Below, piece by piece: positions 1 through 10,539 of a stretch of 64,000 nt of DNA. Positions within the stretch are counted from its first letter, which is position 1, and every line of letters starts with the position of its first letter. This stretch comes from Candidatus Pacearchaeota archaeon. Lineage in GTDB: Archaea > Nanobdellota > Nanobdellia > Pacearchaeales > GW2011-AR1. The translations under genes were made by a program, and so were the position numbers. The notes under the pieces were generated by a model. It worked only from the letters and a program-made list of their open reading frames with translations. It was not told the origin of the DNA and did not search any database. The DNA lies in NCBI GenBank assembly GCA_017609405.1, contig JAFCDZ010000001.1, forward strand, positions 24,880 to 88,879. The letters run 5' to 3'.

Positions 1-2073
1 TATTGAATAAACAAAGATAGTTTCATTTGATGTTTCTCTTGTTTGCCTATCGTCAATAACCCCAACAGGAATCATAGAAATCCTATCCCAAGAATCATTG
101 CTACCTATTCTTGAATAAGCACCATATTTTCCAAGGTCTGTTGAATCTATAAGCAAATAAGATACATTCCAAGTTTTCATGTAACTATATGCTGTCTTAG
201 GATTTGGAGTAGTTAAAACATATCTACCAATTCTATGGTCTGCACCAATTCCTCCAGAATGCCCTCCATCAGTAACTGTGGGTCTCTCACCCAGAGTCTG
301 AATCCAGTAACCATAATCCCACCAGTGAACAAAAATAGAATTTTCTGGAGTATTTTCACGAACCCATTTCATTGCATACTGCCACTGAAGGTCAGCACTT
401 GGTCCAGTTAATTTAGCATTATTAGAGACAACTTCATATTGGTGATATATTTCAATACCTGCACTGAATAAAGCAATAGCAAAAGCAATAAAAAGCATTG
501 CTCTAAAAAACTCGTCCTTATTCTTAGAAGCAAATTCAAATAACTTAACAATAGAATATCCTGCAAAGAGTGTAATAAAAGGCGCGATTAAAAAGAAGGT
601 TCTAACAGCAGAGCGACCATTAATTAAGACAAAAAAACCAATAGACAACAAAATTATTGATTCGTTTTCAACAAGCCGATTATTTTTCATAAACAACCAA
701 AGGAAATAACCAAAGAATAAAACAAGGCCAGAAAGATAAAACATTTGGCTTATAAAAGATTCTCCGTTTAGTATCTGAGAGTTACTCGAAATTCTACTAA
801 ACAAAATACTTGCAACAAGATATGTCCATGATAAAAACAAGTAAATTCTCTCATCTTTCTTCAGTTTTTTTGAAAAAACAACTATCAAACAAATAAGACC
901 TATTACAAAAAGCCAAAAAGTATTCTGACCAAATTGCCCTATCAAATCTCTTAGATAAGGTTGGGCATTCTCTGCAACAGTAATGCCGAGCCTACCAATA
1001 CCAAAAGGATACAACAATCTGAACCAAATATCTTGAAGAATAGAAAATGGATTTCTCCCAATCAAGAATAAACCAAAAAAACCTAAAATAAAAGTTATAA
1101 TTAAAGAATAAAGTTTCCTAAAATCATAATTAATTCTTTCATATTTTGTCTTGATTAACTCAAGAGAGTAATCAATAATCATAAATATAAGAGTAAAAGG
1201 AACCAGAAGACCATAAGAACCAGTCATTCTCCCAAAAAAATCTAAAAAAGAAAACCCAAAAGGAAAAACAGAAAAAAACAATGATGAAAAAATCCAAATT
1301 GAGAAAAAAAGAATTTCTTTTTGCTTATCTTTAGAATTTATAAAATAAAACAGAAAAAAAGCAAAAGGAACTATCATTAAAACAAAAGTTAATGCACCCC
1401 CCCAACTTGCTAAAACAAAAGCTGTAGAAAATCCCAACAAAAGAGAATATATAATTGTATGTTTAAAAGATTTTTCAAAATTGTTGTTCTTTAAAGCAAG
1501 AGTAAAAACCAAAAATACAATAAATACCGAGAAGATACCTATAGCCTCATGGTCTGCAAAACCAGCCATTGTCCTATAGAGATATGCAGGAGAATAAGCT
1601 AAAAAAGATGAAGAAATTAAAGCTACAATTTCGCTTTTTGTCAAAAACCAGACTAAAAAGAAAAAAGCAAGAATTCCTAAAACATAAAAAATAACTGGAT
1701 AAATTACATCGATGTATTCAAGAGTAATTGACGAATTAAAAAGTGAACACCCTTTCCATATCCAAGCAATAACCCATGAAAGGATTTCCTTATGCCAAGA
1801 GATATGTAATTGTGGAGACCTCAAGGAATCATAAGCGGGAAGATTCCCCTTAGTCTGAACAATTGTCTCAGACATTCTAAGAAAATAAAAAGGATCCAAA
1901 GCAAGAGGTATATGCTTTCCAGTTGTTTTATCTATCAAAAGAGATATGTTTGAAGAACGAATAATACTACTAGAAATTATCACAAATAAAAGAAGAAGGA
2001 ATATAATTGAATAATAAATTTTCTTATTTTCATAAATTGTTTTAAAAAAATTAATAATCTCTTTTTTAGCCAT
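1..2073 (-). CDS. aglB: Oligosaccharyltransferase AglB/STT3 (runs off window start; not in ORF track)
   Basis: Manual translation from ATG at 2073 (MAKKEII...): LALDPFYFLR, YRTMAGFADHE, many TM segments, and the catalytic HWWDYGYWIQ motif near 300-330. Confidence 0.95.
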   Translation of the reverse strand, partial: MAKKEIINFFKTIYENKKIYYSIIFLLLLFVIISSSIIRSSNISLLIDKTTGKHIPLALDPFYFLRMSETIVQTKGNLPAYDSLRSPQLHISWHKEILSWVIAWIWKGCSLFNSSITLEYIDVIYPVIFYVLGILAFFFLVWFLTKSEIVALISSSFLAYSPAYLYRTMAGFADHEAIGIFSVFIVFLVFTLALKNNNFEKSFKHTIIYSLLLGFSTAFVLASWGGALTFVLMIVPFAFFLFYFINSKDKQKEILFFSIWIFSSLFFSVFPFGFSFLDFFGRMTGSYGLLVPFTLIFMIIDYSLELIKTKYERINYDFRKLYSLIITFILGFFGLFLIGRNPFSILQDIWFRLLYPFGIGRLGITVAENAQPYLRDLIGQFGQNTFWLFVIGLICLIVVFSKKLKKDERIYLFLSWTYLVASILFSRISSNSQILNGESFISQMFYLSGLVLFFGYFLWLFMKNNRLVENESIILLSIGFFVLINGRSAVRTFFLIAPFITLFAGYSIVKLFEFASKNKDEFFRAMLFIAFAIALFSAGIEIYHQYEVVSNNAKLTGPSADLQWQYAMKWVRENTPENSIFVHWWDYGYWIQTLGERPTVTDGGHSGGIGADHRIGRYVLTTPNPKTAYSYMKTWNVSYLLIDSTDLGKYGAYSRIGSNDSWDRISMIPVGVIDDRQTRETSNETIFVYSI

Positions 2074-2091
2074 TTTATTTACAAGAAAAAT

Positions 2092-3219
2092 CTATTTAAA
2101 ATGTTTTCCATGACCATTAATAGCCTCAAGATAAATTTTATATAATTTCTGATTTCGCTTTTCAATTGAAAATTTTTTGATCGCAAGCTCTCGGGAAGCC
2201 TTTGACATCTTCCTCCTTAAATTTTTATCTTTAATTAATAACTCTGTCTTTTTGCATAACTCATTAATAAAAGATTCGCTCATGTCAGCATATCCCTTCC
2301 AGTTAGAAGGTAATTTTACAAGAAAACCATTTTTGCCATCTTCAACAAGTTCTGATTTAGCAAAAGTTTTTGTAGATACAATTGGAAGACCAAACATCAT
2401 TGCTTCTGGAACCGCAAAACCATACGAATCACCAAAACCTGGATAAAAGAAAATATCTACAGCTGGATAGATTTTTTTAAATAAAATTTCTTGAGGAACA
2501 AGGTCCATAATTTTTATTTGTTTATTCTTTTCGTATCTCTCTCTAAATTCTTTTGGTGTTGGACAGATAAACCAAAACTCTGTTTTTGGATACTTTCTTG
2601 ACAACCTATCAAAAACTTCTAAGGTTTGTCTCCCGCCCTTTGCATCAAACCATCTTGCAACAAAAAGGACCCTTACATTCTTATGAGGAATTCGCTTAAA
2701 ATTAATCTTAGGAAGGGCAAAATGAAGAACTTCTATTTTACTCAAAATTTTTTTATTACCTGGAAAAGCTTCTTCAAAAGTTTTCTTACAATCATCAGAC
2801 CAAGCAATTATTTTTTTACAATAATCGCTCTCCAAACTTTTTTTTATTATCCATTTCCCAAGTTTAGAATAAGCAATCTTTCCTGTAGAAGCAACCCTAT
2901 CATATACTTCAGTATCCACAATCCAAGGTTTTTTATTCAAAGATAAACAATGAGCACAATGTATCAAATCAAAATCATTGCGTAAAGTAAATGTAATATT
3001 TGGCAGAGATAAAAATTCCAAAAACTTTCTTAATAAATTCTTAATTTTTTGCATAACCAAAAATTTTTTAGAAGAACCAATAACATTAAATTTATTTTCT
3101 TTTTTAGTATAATTAACAAAAGCCACACCCTTTGGAGGATAATCTAAAATATTTTTATAATAAGAGCTATCGGGAAACTTCCAAGGATATTGAAAATAAA
3201 TATCAATCTTTTTTGACAT
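2092..3219 (-). CDS. GT4 family glycosyltransferase
   Basis: C-terminal GT-B fold motif DSYGFAVPEAMMFGLPIVST...ELVEDGKNGFLV. Confidence 0.9.
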   Translation of the reverse strand: MSKKIDIYFQYPWKFPDSSYYKNILDYPPKGVAFVNYTKKENKFNVIGSSKKFLVMQKIKNLLRKFLEFLSLPNITFTLRNDFDLIHCAHCLSLNKKPWIVDTEVYDRVASTGKIAYSKLGKWIIKKSLESDYCKKIIAWSDDCKKTFEEAFPGNKKILSKIEVLHFALPKINFKRIPHKNVRVLFVARWFDAKGGRQTLEVFDRLSRKYPKTEFWFICPTPKEFRERYEKNKQIKIMDLVPQEILFKKIYPAVDIFFYPGFGDSYGFAVPEAMMFGLPIVSTKTFAKSELVEDGKNGFLVKLPSNWKGYADMSESFINELCKKTELLIKDKNLRRKMSKASRELAIKKFSIEKRNQKLYKIYLEAINGHGKHFK

Positions 3220-3252
3220 AACCTTTAAATAAAGATTGAATTAATAAAAGTT

Positions 3253-4443
3253 ATGGAAAAACCAATAGACATTATTTATGTTGTCGCATCTAAATTAGGA
3301 AGCATCGGAATGGGAACAACAGCGCTTAACGCTATTAAATCGCTTAATAATTCTAAAGAAATATCATATAGAATCTTTTGTAGAGGATATGATAAAAGTA
3401 TAAAGATTGATAAAAAAAATATATACTCTTATGGTTTTCTTGAAATTTTATCGCTTCCGCTAAGATTCCTCGAAAAAAAAATAGGTATTAACATTAAACC
3501 ATTTAAATATATAAATTGGATATATGGAAAATTAGTAGAAAAGGAACTTCCAAAATGTAAAATATATCACACTTGGATGAATGTTTCAAAAAACGCTGTA
3601 ATCAAAGCAAAAAAACAAGGAGCAACACTGATATTAGAAGGGGCAAATAGTCATCCAAAAAATTTCTTAAAGATTATGGAAGAAGAATATAATTTACTTG
3701 GAAAAAAGAGGTTTATTCCCAAAAAAAAAGAGATACTAAAAGAATCGAGGATAATCGAGCTTTTTGATTATGTAATGTGCCCATCAAAATTTGTTTATAA
3801 TTCTTTTTTAAAATATGGAAAGAAATCAAAGAAACAATTAATACTAATACCTTATGGAGTAGATTACAAAAAATTTTCAGGGCAAAGAAAAAAGAAGGGT
3901 AAAAAATTTAGAGTAATCTTCATTGGAAGCCTTCAAGTAAGGAAAGGTGTTCATTATTTATTAAAAGCATGGAAAGAATTAAATCTTATGAATTCTGAAC
4001 TAATCTTAGTAGGACGTATTTGGCCAGATATAGAAGATATAATTAAAAAATACAAAAAAGATAAAACAATTAGATTCGTTGGCTTTAATCCTAATCCATC
4101 AAAATACCTAAAAAATGCTAACGTCTTTGTTTCACCATCACTCGAGGAGGGTTCGGCACTAACATGTTATGAAGCGATGGCGGCGGGTTTGCCGGTTATT
4201 GCAACGGTCAATAGCGGATCAATTATACGTAATAAAAAGGAGGGGTTTATAATACCCATAAGAGATGTAGAAGCAATAAAAGAAAAAATAAAGTATTTTC
4301 ATGATAATCCAAAAATTTGTGAAAAAATGGGAAGAGCTGCAAGGAAAAGGGTAAAAAAGTTTAGTTGGGAAAATTATTCAAAAAGGTTATTAAAAGTATA
4401 TAAAAAAATTTTAAGAGAAAAAAATGAAAAAAACAAAAGATAA
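3253..4443 (+). CDS. GT4 family glycosyltransferase
   Basis: RKGVHYLL, PSLEEGSALTCYEAMAAGLPVI. Confidence 0.92.
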   Translation: MEKPIDIIYVVASKLGSIGMGTTALNAIKSLNNSKEISYRIFCRGYDKSIKIDKKNIYSYGFLEILSLPLRFLEKKIGINIKPFKYINWIYGKLVEKELPKCKIYHTWMNVSKNAVIKAKKQGATLILEGANSHPKNFLKIMEEEYNLLGKKRFIPKKKEILKESRIIELFDYVMCPSKFVYNSFLKYGKKSKKQLILIPYGVDYKKFSGQRKKKGKKFRVIFIGSLQVRKGVHYLLKAWKELNLMNSELILVGRIWPDIEDIIKKYKKDKTIRFVGFNPNPSKYLKNANVFVSPSLEEGSALTCYEAMAAGLPVIATVNSGSIIRNKKEGFIIPIRDVEAIKEKIKYFHDNPKICEKMGRAARKRVKKFSWENYSKRLLKVYKKILREKNEKNKR

Positions 4444-5449
4444 AGAAAAAGAGATACAAAAGAATAAGAGGGTAGTAGTTAAATTTCCTAAGAATTTTCT
4501 TAAAAAGATAAAAAACAAACAAAAAAGTATTATTTATGACTGCTTCACTTTCTTCAATGAGCTTGATTTATTAGAAATAAGATTTGGTGAATTAGATAAA
4601 GTTGTAGATTACTTTGTTTTAGCAGAAGCAAATAGTACCTTTAGCGGAAAACCAAAAGAATTCCTTTTTGAAAAAAACAAAGAACGATACAAGAAATACT
4701 TTGATAAAATTATTTATGTAAAAATTATCAAAATGCCAAGAATAAATATAATTGATAAGTTTTTTATAGAATTAGAAAAAAAACTTCCAAGAAGATTCCA
4801 ATTAATCTTGAGGAGAGTTCTTGCAAGAATAATTGGGGGGGTAGCAAGATATAAGATGATAGAGTATCAAAGAAGGATGCTTATAGAAGGGTTAGCCTAC
4901 GCTTCAGATGAAGACATTATAATGGGTACAGATGTTGATGAGATACCTAAAAGTGAAAAAATAGAAGAAATGAAAAAAATGCTTGAAAAATACCGTTATG
5001 TTGAATTTGAATTAGCAAATTTCAGATATTATCTTAATGGAAAAGTTTATGGAAAAGGAGAAAACTCTCCTGGAACACGAGCATGCAAAATAAAAACACT
5101 TAGAAAAGAATTAAAAAACAAAATAGATTTTCTAAGAACAACACCCTATCTATGGAGAAAGATAAATCCAAGAGTTTATGGAAAGAAAAATTACTATACT
5201 ATAAAAAAAGGGGGTTGGCACTTTAGTTACTTAGGAGGTGTAAAAAAAGTTATAGAAAAATACAAAAATGTTTCACACCCAGAATTTGATCGTCCTGAAT
5301 TAAAGAATGAAAAATTCGTAAAAGAGATTATTGAAAAAGGGATTATTCCATTAGAAAATTCAAAAATAAGATATATAAAAATAGATGAAACATTTCCAAA
5401 AATAATAAAAAAAAATCTTAAAAAGTATAGTAAATATATAAAAAGATGA
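4424..5449 (+). CDS. GT17 family (GnT-III-like beta-1,4-GlcNAc transferase)
   Basis: YDCFTFFNELDLLEIR, DVDEIP and GWHFSY motifs typical of GT17. Confidence 0.85.
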   Translation: MKKTKDKEKEIQKNKRVVVKFPKNFLKKIKNKQKSIIYDCFTFFNELDLLEIRFGELDKVVDYFVLAEANSTFSGKPKEFLFEKNKERYKKYFDKIIYVKIIKMPRINIIDKFFIELEKKLPRRFQLILRRVLARIIGGVARYKMIEYQRRMLIEGLAYASDEDIIMGTDVDEIPKSEKIEEMKKMLEKYRYVEFELANFRYYLNGKVYGKGENSPGTRACKIKTLRKELKNKIDFLRTTPYLWRKINPRVYGKKNYYTIKKGGWHFSYLGGVKKVIEKYKNVSHPEFDRPELKNEKFVKEIIEKGIIPLENSKIRYIKIDETFPKIIKKNLKKYSKYIKR

Positions 5450-6093
5450 TAAAAAACTCAAAACTACTTGAAGAATTAAAATACTTAAAAAATAAGATAA
5501 TTCCTCCGAAGTCCTTGGGAAATCTATGTGGAAAAAATGCTATATATATAACTCTTCCAAAATGTGCTAATACAACAATAAAAAAAGAGATCAGAAAAAT
5601 AACTTGGGGTGATCCAAGACTAACAAAAAAACAATTAAAAAGAATATCTCAAGGAAAATTTATATTTACTTTTGTTCGAAATCCATATGATAGATTTTTA
5701 TCCCTTTATTTAGATAAGGTAAAAAATTTTAATAAAGACAATGATTATATAAGAGGGGTTTGCAGAAACATTGTAATTAAAAAAAACATAACCTTTAAAG
5801 AATTTGCTGAATTAGCGTCACTCATTCCAGATGAATGTGCAGACCCTCATTTTAAATCTATGACGGAGCTAATAAAAGAAAGCGGTCTAAAACCCTCTTT
5901 TATAGGAAAAATAGAAAATTTTGAGAACGATTGGAATATTCTTTGTAAAATACTTGGAATAAAAAATGAAGGATTAGGAATGGAAAACAAAACAAAACAC
6001 AAACCCTGGCAGGAATATTATACTCCTGAATTGAAAGAAAAGGTGTATCAAAGATATAAAGAAGATTTCATTAATTTTGGATATAAAAAATGA
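5446..6093 (+). CDS. Sulfotransferase family 2 protein
   Basis: 5'-PSB-like PKCANTTIK and 3'-PB FTFVRNPYDRFLSLY; C-terminal Y..DF..FGY. Confidence 0.88.
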   Translation: MIKNSKLLEELKYLKNKIIPPKSLGNLCGKNAIYITLPKCANTTIKKEIRKITWGDPRLTKKQLKRISQGKFIFTFVRNPYDRFLSLYLDKVKNFNKDNDYIRGVCRNIVIKKNITFKEFAELASLIPDECADPHFKSMTELIKESGLKPSFIGKIENFENDWNILCKILGIKNEGLGMENKTKHKPWQEYYTPELKEKVYQRYKEDFINFGYKK

Positions 6094-6662
6094 CCCCTCA
6101 AAAAGATTACATAAATCAGCCACTAATAAGGGAAGAAAATTTTAAACGTGAACAATATATTATTTCAATAAAATTTATCAAAAAAGAGAAAATAGAGCTT
6201 ACAGAAAGAAGACTTCTCGATTTTGGTTGTGGAAATGGAGAATTTTCAGAGTATCTCAGCTCAAAAGGAGCAATAGTTGACTGTTATGAGCCAAATAAAA
6301 ACTCTCGCAAAATTTTAAGAAAAAAAGGCTTAAAAGTTATAAAAAATCTTAAAAAGAATAATTATGATGGGGTATTCTCATTGGAAGTTATAGAGCACCT
6401 TATTGATCCAAAAAAAATGATTATTAAAATACATAACACTCTTAAAAAAGGGGGGTTCATTTTTATAACAACACCAAATCATTTATATTGGAAATTAAGA
6501 ATTAAATGTTTGCTTGGTGATATAAAAGCTTTTGAATATCCTAATAAACATTTTTCATTTTTTACAAAGAAATCTCTCAAAAAATTGATGGAAAAGTATT
6601 TCAAAACAATAAAAATAGAGAATATTGGAAGCAAGATAGTTTATTATGGAAAAAAGGAATAA
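6090..6662 (+). CDS. Class I SAM-dependent methyltransferase
   Basis: LLDFGCGNG, EVIEHL, LKKGGFIFITTPN. Confidence 0.9.
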   Translation: MTPQKDYINQPLIREENFKREQYIISIKFIKKEKIELTERRLLDFGCGNGEFSEYLSSKGAIVDCYEPNKNSRKILRKKGLKVIKNLKKNNYDGVFSLEVIEHLIDPKKMIIKIHNTLKKGGFIFITTPNHLYWKLRIKCLLGDIKAFEYPNKHFSFFTKKSLKKLMEKYFKTIKIENIGSKIVYYGKKE

Positions 6663-6740
6663 CAAAAGACACCAAGTTAAAATTTATTAAATATACAAAA
6701 GGAAAAATCTTTTAATAAACATTATTTCAATGAGTAAAAA

Positions 6741-7658
6741 ATGAAAGAACAAAAAAAATTCAAACTCACAACACCTGTACTTTTCATAGTCTTTAATCGT
6801 CCTGATACAACAAGAAGAGTTTTTTCTGAAATAAAAAAGGCAAAACCCCCCAGGCTTTATATAGCAGCTGATGGGCCAAGAACTCAAGAGGAGAAGAAAA
6901 AAACAGATGCTGTTAGAGATTATATATTAAAAAATATTGATTGGAAATGCAAGGTAAAAACCCTTTTTAGAGACAAAAATCTTGGATGTAAATATGCAGT
7001 TTCTTCTGCAATTGATTGGTTTTTTGAAAATGAAGAAACAGGTATTATATTAGAAGATGATTGTGTCCCAAGTCAAAGCTTTTTTAGATTCTGCCAAGAA
7101 ATGTTAGAAAAATACAAGAACAATGAAAAAATAATGCATATTTCTGGAACAAATGTTGAAGAGGTTTCTCCAATTAAAGAAGATTATTTCTTTGCGGATG
7201 CTTTTAATGTATGGGGGTGGGCAACGTGGAGAAGAGCATGGAAACATTATGATGTCGAAATGAAAGATTGGCCAAAGTGGAGAATTAAAAGTCTCAGATT
7301 CATGAAAAAACACCCTTTATTAGATAAGATTAAAGGTATATACCTTTATGAATTAACATATCAAAAAAAAATTAATACATGGGACTATCAATGGGGATTT
7401 ACATGTCAAAAAAGAAAAGGGCTTGCAATAATTCCAACAAAGAACCTAATCACAAATATAGGTCTTGAAAGAGGAACACACACGAAAGAGGATAAAAATA
7501 GAGAATTAAAAAGATATGAAATAAAAAAAGGATTCAGGGTAGGGGGAAAATTTAATGGATATTATTTAAAAAAGTATCTAAAATTTTTCAAAAAAAAAGA
7601 AAAAATAATAAAAATACTTTTTGCTAAAATAAAAAATATAAAGAAAGTTTTAAAATGA
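6741..7658 (+). CDS. GT-A nucleotide-diphospho-sugar transferase (HlpA-like)
   Basis: PVLFIVFNRPD, YIAADGPR, GIILEDDC, WGWATWRRAW, TWDYQW. Confidence 0.85.
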   Translation: MKEQKKFKLTTPVLFIVFNRPDTTRRVFSEIKKAKPPRLYIAADGPRTQEEKKKTDAVRDYILKNIDWKCKVKTLFRDKNLGCKYAVSSAIDWFFENEETGIILEDDCVPSQSFFRFCQEMLEKYKNNEKIMHISGTNVEEVSPIKEDYFFADAFNVWGWATWRRAWKHYDVEMKDWPKWRIKSLRFMKKHPLLDKIKGIYLYELTYQKKINTWDYQWGFTCQKRKGLAIIPTKNLITNIGLERGTHTKEDKNRELKRYEIKKGFRVGGKFNGYYLKKYLKFFKKKEKIIKILFAKIKNIKKVLK

Positions 7659-8710
7659 AGGATATAAAAATATTTGTAGGGTTCGCATATAAAAAAACAA
7701 AGGACCCTTATCTTTTACAACTATATGAGAACTTAAAAAAAGAGAATATAAGGATATTTGATTTCAAAGAACCTTTAAAAATCTTCTCTGTAGATATAAT
7801 ACATCTCCACTGGATTGAATACTATATAGTATCTAAAAGCAAAATTAAAACATTCCTTAAGATTAGTTTTTTTATTTATTTATTCTTATTAATTAAATTT
7901 ATTTTAAGAAAAAAAATAATTATTTCTCTCCATAACATCCAATCGCATGAGGAGTATCATCCAAAAATTGAAAAAATAGGATTCAGAATATATTTAAAAT
8001 ATATAGCAGATAGGATAATAGTGTTTAATAATTGGTCAAAAAAAGAATTAATTAGAAGATATAATGTAAGTGAAAAGAAAGTTGCAAAGGTTTTTCCGGA
8101 AACATTTATTGGTTATTATCCAAATAAAGTATCAAAAAGAGAAGCACGAAAAAAATTAAAGATACCTGAAAAAAAGATAGTCGCTCTCCTATTTGGTAGT
8201 CTATGGAAATATAAGGGAATATTGGATGTGATAGATTATTTTAAAAATAATAAAATAAAAAATTTTATACTAATAATAGCTGGAAAACCGGAAAATGATA
8301 TAATAAAGAAAAAATTAGAAAATTTAGCAGAAAAAAACAAAGAGAACATAAAATTAAAATTAGGGTTTATACCCGACGATGAACTACAATATTTATTCAA
8401 TGCTTCAGATATTGGTTTTTTGCCTTACAAGAGAACCACAAACTCTGCTGTTCTTTTTCTATTTGGATCCTTTAAAAGAACTGTATTAGCAAAAAAATTG
8501 CCAGTATTTAAAGAGATTATTGGAAAAGATGCGTTTTACTATGAGAGAATTAGTGAATTAAAGGAGATAATTAAAAATATCAATAAAGAAAAGGCAAAAA
8601 AGATGGGAGAAAGATTTTATAAAAAATTGAAAAAAAATTCTTGGAAAAAAATATCTAAAGAAACAAAAAAAATTTACATATCAACTCTTAAAAACCCCTC
8701 TTATTTTTAA
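7655..8710 (+). CDS. GT4-like glycosyltransferase
   Basis: DIIHLHW, FGSLWKYKGI, ASDIGFLPY. Confidence 0.8.
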   Translation: MKDIKIFVGFAYKKTKDPYLLQLYENLKKENIRIFDFKEPLKIFSVDIIHLHWIEYYIVSKSKIKTFLKISFFIYLFLLIKFILRKKIIISLHNIQSHEEYHPKIEKIGFRIYLKYIADRIIVFNNWSKKELIRRYNVSEKKVAKVFPETFIGYYPNKVSKREARKKLKIPEKKIVALLFGSLWKYKGILDVIDYFKNNKIKNFILIIAGKPENDIIKKKLENLAEKNKENIKLKLGFIPDDELQYLFNASDIGFLPYKRTTNSAVLFLFGSFKRTVLAKKLPVFKEIIGKDAFYYERISELKEIIKNINKEKAKKMGERFYKKLKKNSWKKISKETKKIYISTLKNPSYF

Positions 8711-8715
8711 TCACT

Positions 8716-10539
8716 ATGTGCGGAATAAATGGATTTAATTTTGTGAACAAAGAATTAATTAAAAAGATGAACAATTCTATAAAACATAGGGGTCCTGATG
8801 CAGAAGGAGTTTTCTCAAAACAAGGTGTGTCCTTAGGCCATAGAAGGCTTGCAATAATTGACTTAAACAAAAGAGGAAACCAACCAATGATGTATGAACA
8901 TAACAAAAATAAAGCAGTGATAGTATTTAACGGAGAGATATACAATTTCAAAGAGTTAAAAGAAGAATTGAAAAAAAGAGGCTATAAATTCAAAACAAAA
9001 ACAGATACAGAGGTAGTTCTAGCAAGCTATATGGAATGGGGTGAAGAGTGTGTCAAAAGATTTAACGGTATGTGGGCTTTTTGCATCTATAATCCAAAAG
9101 AAAAAATTCTCTTTCTAAGCAGAGATCGGTTAGGACAAAAACCTCTTTATTATTTTTATGACGGTAAAAAATTTATCTTTTCCTCAGAAATAAAAGGAAT
9201 ACTTCAACACAAAATAAAATATAGTTTAGATAAAGAAGGAATAGATCTCTATTTCTCCTTAGGATTCATTCCTGCACCAAAAACAATCTATTCAGAAATT
9301 AATAAACTCGAAGCAGGCCATAATATATTTTTTAACTTAAAAACAAAGGAATTTCAAAAGAAAAGATATTTTTATCCTCCAAGATATTCACCAATAAACA
9401 ACAAAAGATATGTAGTTAAAAAAGGAAAGGAATTATTAAGAGATGCTACAAATATAAGACTTATTGCTGATGTTCCTGTTGGTGCTTTTCTAAGTGGGGG
9501 GGTAGATAGTTCATCAATAGTATCAGAGATAACAAATATCTTAGGAAAAAAGAACTTAACAACATATTCTATGGGTTTTGAAAAAGGGTATGATGAAACA
9601 GAATATATCAAAATAATAACGAAGAATCTTAAAGTAAATAACCATCATAGTTACTTTACAAAAAAAGAATTAAACAACACATTAAAATCAATATTTTATT
9701 ATTTTGATGAGCCCCTCTCTGATCCATCCATGTTCCCAACATTCTTACTTTCAAAATTTGCGCGAAAATCTCTAACAGTAGCTTTAAGCGGAGATGGAGG
9801 GGATGAAATGTTTGGTGGATATCCAAGATATAAGATAGCCGCACAAATAGAAATCCTAAGAAAAATTCCAGTAACTCTAAGAAAATTAAGCTTATTAATA
9901 ATACCCAAAACCAAAATACTTTCAAAAATAAGAGAAGGGCTTAAGTTAAGCCTATTACCAAAAGAAGTGTTATATTCTAAAGCAAGAGAAAATGTCTATA
10001 AACCAAGGTCTTACATAAACTTCGTAGAAGAGAAATTTAAAGAATGTTTAAAGTTATCCAAAGGAAATCTAATAGAAGCAATAAGATTGATGGACATTCT
10101 CTATCTTACATTACCAGACAATTATCTAGCAAAAGTGGATAGAGCATCAATGGCTCATTCATTAGAAGTCAGAAGCCCATTCTTAGATTATCGTTTTTTA
10201 GAATTTGCATCCAAAATACCTACAAAATGGAAAGTGTCAATTTTCAATGAAAAAATTTTACTAAAAGGAATTGTCAAGAATCTAATACCAAAAAAAATAA
10301 TAAAACGAAAAAAACAAGGGTTCACGCCCCCAATTGAAAGATGGTTAATTGAAAAAGAAGGTAAAGAAAAATTAAAAGAAATTTTAAAAAAATTAGAAAA
10401 AAAGAAAATAATTGATGATGCATGGATTGAATTCTATAAAGAAAGGATCATAAAAGAGAAAGACCAAATAAGCAAAACATATAGCATAAGACTCTTTATT
10501 TTCTATAAGTGGTTAGAATATTGGGGAAAATCAAAATAA
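8716..10539 (+). CDS. asnB: Asparagine synthase-like glutamine amidotransferase (probably glycan amidation)
   Basis: N-terminal MCGI, HRGPD, FNGEIYN, LSGGVDSS, LSGDGGDEMFGGY, LEVRSPFLD; lies in glycan cluster. Confidence 0.93.
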   Translation: MCGINGFNFVNKELIKKMNNSIKHRGPDAEGVFSKQGVSLGHRRLAIIDLNKRGNQPMMYEHNKNKAVIVFNGEIYNFKELKEELKKRGYKFKTKTDTEVVLASYMEWGEECVKRFNGMWAFCIYNPKEKILFLSRDRLGQKPLYYFYDGKKFIFSSEIKGILQHKIKYSLDKEGIDLYFSLGFIPAPKTIYSEINKLEAGHNIFFNLKTKEFQKKRYFYPPRYSPINNKRYVVKKGKELLRDATNIRLIADVPVGAFLSGGVDSSSIVSEITNILGKKNLTTYSMGFEKGYDETEYIKIITKNLKVNNHHSYFTKKELNNTLKSIFYYFDEPLSDPSMFPTFLLSKFARKSLTVALSGDGGDEMFGGYPRYKIAAQIEILRKIPVTLRKLSLLIIPKTKILSKIREGLKLSLLPKEVLYSKARENVYKPRSYINFVEEKFKECLKLSKGNLIEAIRLMDILYLTLPDNYLAKVDRASMAHSLEVRSPFLDYRFLEFASKIPTKWKVSIFNEKILLKGIVKNLIPKKIIKRKKQGFTPPIERWLIEKEGKEKLKEILKKLEKKKIIDDAWIEFYKERIIKEKDQISKTYSIRLFIFYKWLEYWGKSK

